NCBI RefSeq assembly: GCF_006345805.1
Contig: NC_043016.1
Span: 31,310,001 to 31,374,000 of the forward strand
Direction: 5' to 3'
From: Octopus sinensis
Lineage: Eukaryota
Length of the DNA stretch: 64,000 nucleotides
Both the position numbers and the translations under genes were made by a program. The notes below the pieces were generated by a model. That model was not told the origin of the DNA. It saw only the letters and a program-made list of their open reading frames with translations, and ran no database searches. Below are positions 1 through 64,000 of this stretch, one piece after another (positions within the stretch are counted from its first letter, which is position 1; each line of letters starts with the position of its first letter).

Positions 1-185
1 CAGCATACAAAGCAATAGTGCCATCTACTGGAAAGTCACTGACCAAGAGATGTGAGACAGATGGAGTTCATAGGTGGAAACACTTTTGCCAGAATATTTG
101 TGTCAGACATGGTTGAATGCTTTGTTGATGTCGAGTGCAACATTGTCTTCAACAATTTTCTTGTGATGAGTGTCCACAGAAACTG
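1..185 (-). mobile_element. Decayed CR1/Jockey-group LINE reverse transcriptase fragment
   Basis: Minus strand reads VALDINKAFNHV*H...STYELHLSHISW(I)SDF, resembling the LDISKAFDRVWH...SWISDFL RT motif, with stops and shifts. Confidence 0.6.
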
Positions 186-233
186 AAAGCCCATCATATT
201 AAGTATGCATGTGTGTTTGTGTGTATGTATATG

Positions 234-264
<31 letters not shown>

Positions 265-367
265 ATTGTATTATATACAAAATTTTTAATCTTTGGATTT
301 GTTAAAAATATGCTAACCCACTGGTTTTAATTGATTTTAATTGATTAATATCAATTTCTACTCTTAT

Positions 368-398
<31 letters not shown>

Positions 399-480
399 AG
401 GATAAGATTGATATTTAAATACCAATCTTATCAGGTGGCCAGCATGGGAATAAAAACCTTCAAAGGTAATAATTATTATT

Positions 481-629
481 AAAATTATAATTTAGGGTAT
501 CTATGCTGAAAATAGCAGTATAAAACTTGACTCTAAAACTCTATGAACATTTAATGTGGTTTTAGAGTCAAGTTTTGGCTGCTATTTCCAGCATTGTGGT
601 ATCTCTTAGATACCCTAAATTATAATTTT
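481..629. mobile_element. Small fold-back (palindromic) MITE-like element
   Basis: AAAATTATAATTTAGGGTATCT at 481-502 is the reverse complement of 608-629; nested inner inverted repeat AAAACTTGACTCTAAAAC/GTTTTAGAGTCAAGTTTT. Confidence 0.55.
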
Positions 630-647
630 ATATATATATATATATCT

Positions 648-1242
648 TTTATCTTTTACTTGTTTGTCATTAGACTGTGGCCATGCTGGGGCACCGTCTT
701 AAATTTTTAATTGAATGAATCAATCCCAAAACTTATTTTTAAGCCTGGTACTTATTCTATTGGTCTCTTTTGCCAAACTGCTAAGTTACAGGGATGTAAA
801 AACACCAACACTGGTTGTCAAGTGATGATGGGAGGTACAAACACAGGCACATATACATATATATATACAATGAGCTTTTTTTCCAATTCCATCTATCAAA
901 TCCACTCACAAGGCTTTGGTTGGCCCAATGTTATAGTAGAAGACACTTGCATAAGGTGCCATACAAGTAGGACTGAACCCGGAACCACATGGTTGGGAAG
1001 TAAGCTTCTTACCACACAGCCATACCTGCACCTATACTCTTTTACTTGTTTCAGGCATTTGACTGTAGCCATGCTGGAGCACTGACTTAGTCAGGCAAAT
1101 CAACCCCAGGACTTATTCTTTGGAAGCCTAGTACTTATACTATCAGTCTCTTATCCTGAACTGCTAAGTTATGGGGACGTAAACACACCACCTTTGGTTG
1201 TCATGTGATGTTGGGGGGACAAATACAGACACACAAACATAT

Positions 1243-1303
<61 letters not shown>

Positions 1304-1481
1304 TATACATATATACAACGGGCTTCTTTCAGTTTCCGTCTACCAAATCCACTCACAAGGCTTTGCTCGGCCCAAGGCTATAGTAGAAGACACTTGCCTA
1401 AGGTGCCATGCAGTGGGACTGAACCCGGAACCATAGCCACTACAGCGCTTAGCTACTTACCACACAGCCACTCCTGCACCT
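648..1481 (-). mobile_element. Two tandem copies of the dominant tRNA-derived SINE (family A, about 400 bp, internal CA/TA microsatellite)
   Basis: Pol III A/B-box head (TGGCTGTGTGGTAAG...GGTTCAGTCCC) on the minus strand, Deu/Nin-like core GCCTTGTGAGTGGATTTGGTAGACGGAAACTGAAAGAAGCCC, tail GAAACAAGTAAAAGAG. Other copies near 20822-21184, 26105-26470, 30541-31381, 36205-36745, 38395-38795 and 60060-60272. Confidence 0.85.
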
Positions 1482-1857
1482 ATATATATATATATATATA
1501 CACATTGTTGTAATGTGAGATCTTTGGTTTGAGAAGGAACAAACAAACAAACAATGATCTCTGCAGACTTCAGTGGGTTTCACTTTTATGATCATGAAAT
1601 GAAAGATCACCTATTTATTTATTGCAAATGATGTTTCAAGATTCTCAAAAAAATAATTGTTCAAATCCATCATAAGTAGGTCCTTATAGAGCTTCATATC
1701 CTCATTGCAATTGTGGCAAAGTCAAATATGGTGAAAAGGACAATATTTTAGAAGAAAACTAATTTGTTAGCTGTTAATCACTTTTTCCCTCACTCTCTTC
1801 TGTTAATTAATAGCCATGTTTTCCTCATGTTAATTATTAATATAATCAATCTTGTAT

Positions 1858-2200
1858 TCATTTCAAGGACTTCTGCAAGAGAGATATGCAGTCTACAGAT
1901 CTGGATGTCTTAAAATGGGAGGAAGTCGCAAATGACTGCCTACACTGAAGACAAGCGCTATGCAAGGGGATGGAGCGAGAAGAGAAATTGAAACTTTCCA
2001 CTGAAGAAAAGTACACTTGAAAAAAGGAAAAGTCTGTAGCAATGGTGGAGAGCTTCTTCAAATGCAATCGCTGCAAGACTGTCACACATGTGTGGACCTG
2101 TACAGCCACAGCAGAAGCTGCACCACCATCAGTAGCTGACAAAGAGTTCTCCAGGTGCAGATCCATGGTCTTTTGAGACCGATGGATGTCTATCTACACG
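1858..2200 (+). mobile_element. RTE-clade LINE 3' end (C-terminal zinc finger and 3' UTR), decayed
   Basis: FKDFCKRDMQ...WEEVANDCLH*RQAL...CNRC(K)DCHTCVDLYSHSRSC* followed by TCCATGGTCTTTTGAGACCGATGGATG, a typical RTE end. Confidence 0.75.
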
Positions 2201-2749
2201 GGATGTTTTATAGTATTTAGCCAGCACAGTGCTATGATCATGAACGTTGGCTTACGTCTGAAAGAGTATGATTGTGAATACAAGTGGCCAAAAGGGGTTC
2301 CTCCAAAGAATCTCTGACAGGATGTACAGCTTGGAGATCAGGGAATCTCTCTAGGTTGACCTGCTACTTCTCTGCAATCAGAGGCTGCAGCTCCAGTGCT
2401 CCAGTACCACAGACATGTAATTACTCTCTTTACTCTTTTACTTGTTTCAGTCATTTGACTGCGGCTATGCTGGAGCACTGCCTTTAGTTGAGCAAATTGA
2501 CCCCAGGACTTATTCTTTGGAATCGGTCTCTTTTGCTGAACTGTTAAGTTAAGGGGACATAAACACACCACCATCGGTTGTCAAGTGATGTCGATTAAAT
2601 AAGTACCAGTTACGCACTGGGGTCAATATAATCGACTTAATCCCTTTGTCTGTCCTTGTTTGTCCCCTCTATGTTTAGCCCCTTGTGGGCAATAAAGAAA
2701 TAAGAAAAGAGAGCAATTATCAGCAAATTAAATTACATTCTTTCTAAAT

Positions 2750-3320
2750 TATAGGCTTTTTTGATATTCGACTTTGTCCCAACGGCGGCGAAATCAAATA
2801 TCTCTTAAGATTTTATGTTAGATTTGAACAAAAGACACTAGTTCTGTTTTCATCCAGAAAGAACACTTTCGCTTCCGATAAGGTAAACACTTTTACTTTC
2901 ACAAAGTCGAAAAACCATCCTGTTTTCACTCCTGAAATTTCATGGAGATAAGACGAAAGTTGCACTTTATTCCGAATAAATAAGGTTAATGAAGTACTAC
3001 TTAACGTCTTATATCGCAACTTTTTCTTCTTCATGTCAAGCGTATGTATACTCACAAAGTTGGGGACGAAATTCCTTTTGTGCACCACACCGAAGTCAAA
3101 ATCCAAGGATATGTCCGTATAATCTCCAGCTAATTAATATATGCAGGTTTCAAAGAGAATCACTTACCAGATAGCAATACTCGATTTCTTAAAGTGTTTC
3201 TCATACACGTGACGTTTGTTTTTATGCTATCGTCGTGTAAACAAAAACATTACATGGCCACAGCTACCATAAGTCGGATTACGCTAACTGTCGTGAATTT
3301 GAAACTTGATATTTTATTAA
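2750..3320. promoter_or_regulatory. CpG-retaining putative promoter region upstream of GCN2
   Basis: Visibly higher CpG density than the introns; overlapping E-box/CRE-like CACGTGACGT at 3206-3215. No TSS evidence. Confidence 0.3.
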
Positions 3321-4391
3321 ATTTAGAATGGTTTTCAAAGCTCACCAATCCAGTGTGAAACATTCGTGAAAAAAAAAAAGGCAACGTTTCGTTCGCCAAA
3401 AAAAATGTAAAATGTAAATAGAATATTTGACAATGACAATTGACAAAACTCCTAATTAAGAAAGTGATGCAATCATGCATAGATTTTCGGGGCCTCAAAC
3501 TGAGATGAGTTGATGATGATGCTAAGGATGAGAAATGTAAAGCAGCAAATCCCAAAATGAATGTGAAAATATGAATAAATGAGACAAATTTAAAATAAGC
3601 ATCGATCACTATTCTAAATAAGTTGTTGGTAATGGAAAAGTTAATAAAAGTTAAATAAGCTGTCGTCTGCACGAGCAGAGTAGAATCCCCTCTATAAACA
3701 AGGAATGGTAAAGGCATACGAAAATACGACGGCATTTAGGGCACTTGTACTAAAGTTTAGAATTTTGTGGGTAGAGATAAAGTCTAAACCATGCCCGTTG
3801 CTAAGGGACACTGCCCCTTCTGATTTACTCCACTTCAGCATTATTACAAATCAATCCCCCCCAGAATATTCTGAAGCACCCCCATCCAGGCACCAAAGTC
3901 TGACGAGCCAGGTCTAAACTAAATGTTCTTATCATAATTATCTCTTGTTTATAAATCTGGTTTTATAGCTTACACGTGTGTATGTGTCAAAAATTCATTT
4001 ACATAATTCCTATAAAAAAAGATCGTAATATAAAAACAACACAACAAGAAAGAAAAAAAACTCATAACTTTTGATTGGTTGATTTTTTTTCATGTAAGGG
4101 AGAGAATCATATTTTACCCCACCTTTTTCAACGTGTGATTGACGGAAGACACTTTTTTTTCATCCCTTTAATAACCAAGTTAACGAAAAAAAGTTAAGCA
4201 TGGAAATATTTCTGTTATAATTACAAACATACACATTTTAAATTAAAAATATGACTCATAAACATTTCTAATTACTGGTTGTTTTTCCAGTTCCTGAAAC
4301 TTATTTCTTAATGGAGCACTTATGACAGTTATTACTACATACGTGTAATAATAATAAACATTACAGGTACTGGTAGAGAACTTAGGTCAAA

Positions 4392-60471
<56,080 letters not shown>

Positions 60472-60509
60472 GTAGGATTGTCAAACTATTGTTGTTGTCA
60501 TTGACTTCG

Positions 60510-60601
60510 TTATCATCATCATCATCATCATTATCATAATCATTATCACTATCATCATCATCATCATCATCGTCACTATCATCATCATCATCGTCGTCAC
60601 T

Positions 60602-60636
<35 letters not shown>

Positions 60637-60637
60637 T
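60510..60637. repeat. (CAT)n microsatellite
   Basis: Directly visible; one of many (TA)n, (CA)n, (CT)n and (CAT)n tracts, e.g. (CT)n at 44108-44194 and 50580-50625. Confidence 0.95.
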
Positions 60638-62439
60638 TTTATATTGTTTTAATTTCTTTCTTTATAAATACCTGTAATGCAGCATCTTTCATTGTATCTG
60701 ACTCACAATATATCAACTCTAGCCAGTGAAGGAGCTTCAACATAGACATTCAACTGCTAAAAACAGCCAGATCTTCCTACTGTAAGACATGGTTAAGAAG
60801 CCCTTCTTCCCAACCATGTGATCTTGGGTTCAGTCCCACTGCATGACACCTAACATTAACAACTTTGAAGAGTGTCCAGGCTACTTTTTTTTCATGACAC
60901 TGGCACCATTAAGATCACCAATAACTTAAAAGACAAACATCAAAACTCCTTGACTTAGTAGAGAGGGAGGTGGCTTTATGCTAGGTGTTGAAGAATTAGG
61001 GCAGTGGTTCATGACTGGGGCCTATATGGCACTTGGGAGTCCACAGAGGATTTTGTTAAAATTCATCTGCAATAATATTGTTTATACTTCTAAGGTGGCA
61101 AGCCGGCAGAAACGTTAGCATGCCAGGCGAAATGCTTAGCGGTATTTCATCTATCTTTATGTTCTGAGTTCAAATTCCGCCGAGATCAACTTTGCCTTTC
61201 ATCCTTTGGGGGTTATATCAGTTGCATACTGGGGTTGATCTAATCGACTGGCCCCTCTCCAAAAATTTCAGGCCTTGTGCCTAGAGTAGAAAACAATGTC
61301 TACTTTACATCCAAATGTTAAAGACGGTGAGCTAGCAGAAACATTAGCATGCCGAGTATAATGCTTAGCAATATTTTCTGAATTCAAATTCCGGTGAGGT
61401 TGACTTTGCCTTTCATCCTTTCAGGGTCGATAAATTAAGTACCAGTTGTGTACTGAGGTCAATCTAATTGACTGCCCCCATCTGCCTAGAGTAGAAAAGA
61501 ATATGGGTTATATTTCTACAATACACAAAACATTTCACCAATTTTTTAATACAGTTCCTAATAATATTTAATTATAAAAATATAATTGGATTTTATTAAA
61601 ATCTACTGTTGGGGTCCGGTAGAGTAAAATAGGAATGAAAGGGACCCAGAGGTAAAAAGATGGTTGAGAAACACAAAGTTAGGGCATGATAGAGGGACAA
61701 GCAAAGGTGTCTTGCTGTAGAGGAGATACATTATGTAATGCTTGGAATAGCTGGAAAATGACAGTGTTGGTGATGATGAGTTGTAAAAGCATACTCTCAA
61801 AATACAAGCTAAAATAATATGAACTGAGGATGGATAGGAGAGGGTGGATAAGTTCATAAAAGTGTGAGAAGAGAGCGACAGATGGTTAGAAATGGGTGTT
61901 GAGGGGAAGTTGTGATGAATAAGGGTGGAGGTGTGGTCAGTGGTAAACATCAGTAGAGTGGTTGGGAGGAAGAGGGTGAAAGAATAGAAATGGCTCAGGG
62001 AGGAGGAGGTGATAAGTGGCAGTGCAGGAAGAATGGAATGCAGAAGTATAAATCTGGGAATAGATCAGAAAATAGGGAGATGATGTACAGGCTGGGAGGG
62101 TGGCAGGAGCGAAAGAGTGAGAGCGAGAATGAGAGAGAAAGTGTGTGTGTATGTGTGTGTCTGTTTTCTGTGTCAACCTTCCTTTGATTCCACTGCACAT
62201 ACGTTTTTATATCCATAAACTGCACTGTATGTGTGTGTGTGTGTGTGAGTTTGTGTGTATCATCATCATCATTATCATCATTTAGCATCTGTTTTCCATG
62301 CTGGTGATTTGACTAGAACTCGTAAGCCGGAGAGCTGTACCATGCTCCAATATTTTTAGGCTTGGTTTCTATGGTTGGATGTCCTTCCTAATGCCAGCCA
62401 CTCCACAAAGTGTAGTGGGTACCTTTAACGTATCACTGG

Positions 62440-62476
<37 letters not shown>

Positions 62477-62599
62477 TTTATTTAAAGCAGCAGAAAATTC
62501 AACAAAACCTGTTACTCTGAGTTTCACCTTCCCGTTCGTCGGACAGTTTTTGCTAGAATAGAACCGATATATATATATATAGATATATATGTATATATA

Positions 62600-63161
62600 T
62601 CAGTAGAGGTAGACCCAGGAAGACTTGGGATGAGGTGACGAAGCATGATCTTCAAACATTGAGCCTCACTGAGGCAATGACAAGCGATCAAGACCTTTGG
62701 AGATATGCTGCGCTTGAGAAGACCCGGCAAGCCTAGTGAGATCATAGCCATGGCTGATGTCAGTGCCGCATGACTGGCCCATTTAAAAGCACCCTTCAAT
62801 CATCAGGCAATATGCCGAGCTTGTAAAGACCTGTTGAACCAAGTGAAATCATAGTCATAGCTGATGCCAGTGCCACCTGACTGGCACCTATGCAGGTGGC
62901 ACATAAAAAGCATCATTCGAGCACGTAAAAAGTACCATTTGAGTGTGGTTGATGCCAGTGCTGCCTGGCTGGCTCTTGTGTAGGTGTGCATGTAAAAAAC
63001 ACCCACTACTCTCTTGGAGTGGTTGGCATTAGGAAGGGCATCCAGCTGTAGAAACATTGCCAGGTCAGATTGGAGCCTGGTGCAGCCTCCCAGTTTGCCA
63101 GCCCTCAGTCAAACCATCCAACCCATGCCAGCATGGAAACGGATATTAAACGATGATGATG
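62600..63161 (+). mobile_element. 5'-truncated RTE LINE 3' end inserted in a TA tract
   Basis: RGRPRKTWDEVTKHDLQTLSLTEAMTSDQDLWRYAALEKTRQA*, then 3' UTR and GAT tail; (TA)n on both sides. Confidence 0.88.
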
Positions 63162-63229
63162 ATATATATATATGTGTGTGTGTGTGTGTATATATATATA
63201 TAGATCTTCATTACAATATCATAAATCAG

Positions 63230-63780
63230 GAGAAGCAAAGGTGGTCTCAAACAGAAGCAGCACAAATATAAATAATATCAATGCCAACACAGGGACACAA
63301 ACTAAAATTTATGTCGGATTTTGTGAATCCAGATTTTAAATTCACCATAACAACCACAGATCTTCTTTCAGGGTGCCGGAAAGACACAACACAACACTTG
63401 CAGCATACGTATGGAACCTAAAGGACAATCATACACCCTTTAACATCAGGTGGAAATTATTGGGAACCTGTGGACCCTAAAGTAATGAAACAAGACTGTG
63501 TAAATTGTGTTTGGCAGAAAGATTTATAATTCTCATGAACTTACATGAGCCAGGGGAGTTGTCCACATTTTCAGAAATTTTTACTTCAAAATTGGAAAAC
63601 CTAGCTATCAAGCGAAGGAAGACAACTCGCCCAGCCATATTTTTAAAGAGGATTATTTCTTGAACTATCACCGGCATTCTTGTATTTTAAAACCAACATT
63701 CTTTGCAGAGAACAGTTACTGTTTAGAGAAACTGAAGAGATGTCTAGTTCACGTATGAAACCAATGGTTTTTTTCTAAAC
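63230..63780 (+). mobile_element. Penelope-like element fragment: GIY-YIG endonuclease plus downstream hammerhead motif
   Basis: Frame from 63301: TKIYVGFCESRF*IHHNNHRSSFR...TTLAAYVWNLKDN...NIRWKLL...RLCKLCLAERFII; hammerhead-like fold at 63721-63780. Confidence 0.82.
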
Positions 63781-64000
63781 TTACATTACGTATATGCAAA
63801 TACACACACACACACACACACACATATCATTATGTGAAAGCACAGTAGTTTTGAGGTTAGGTTTTGTGCTCGCAACTGCTGGTCACAAGTTTGATTCTTG
63901 GACTAGATGGTACATTCTGTTCTTGAGCAAGATACTTTATTTCACATTACTCCAGTATACTCAGCTGAAAAAGAGTATGAGGCACCTGGGGCTTGACTTT

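Noticed and set aside
711-1513. Many 60-125-aa ORFs of the type MGFFQFPSTKSTHKAL / YIYIYI / CVCV across the window
   Set aside because: They are translations of SINE family A and microsatellites, recurring at every copy.
1858-2166. 102-aa minus-strand ORF
   Set aside because: It is the antisense shadow of the plus-strand RTE C-terminus.
3250-3735. 161-aa minus-strand ORF upstream of GCN2
   Set aside because: No recognisable motif; Phe/Ile-rich composition typical of a chance AT-rich frame.

Overview
AT-rich, microsatellite- and transposon-dense eukaryotic genomic DNA. The SINE and RTE families point to an octopod cephalopod (Octopus sp.; inference). One + strand gene dominates: a GCN2/EIF2AK4-like eIF2-alpha kinase. 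I resolved 21 coding exons by hand (4392-60471, about 812 aa; all GT-AG and phase-compatible), and the gene continues past the window end. Its domain order is RWD - charged region - active kinase - HisRS-like. Two things set it apart. The pseudokinase domain appears absent (kinase starts near residue 253), and the invariant motif-2 Arg of the HisRS-like domain is encoded as His (CAT, one A-to-I edit from Arg). The introns hold tRNA-derived SINEs, RTE, CR1, R4/Dong-like and Penelope fragments, a mariner pseudogene, several MITEs and a 5S rRNA pseudogene. They also hold long inverted repeats, a 109-bp minisatellite and three minimal hammerhead ribozyme motifs, one with an intact core in the sense orientation. 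Exon coordinates were counted to the base. Repeat boundaries are approximate (about 10-30 bp), and repeat family names come from motif recognition, not database searches.
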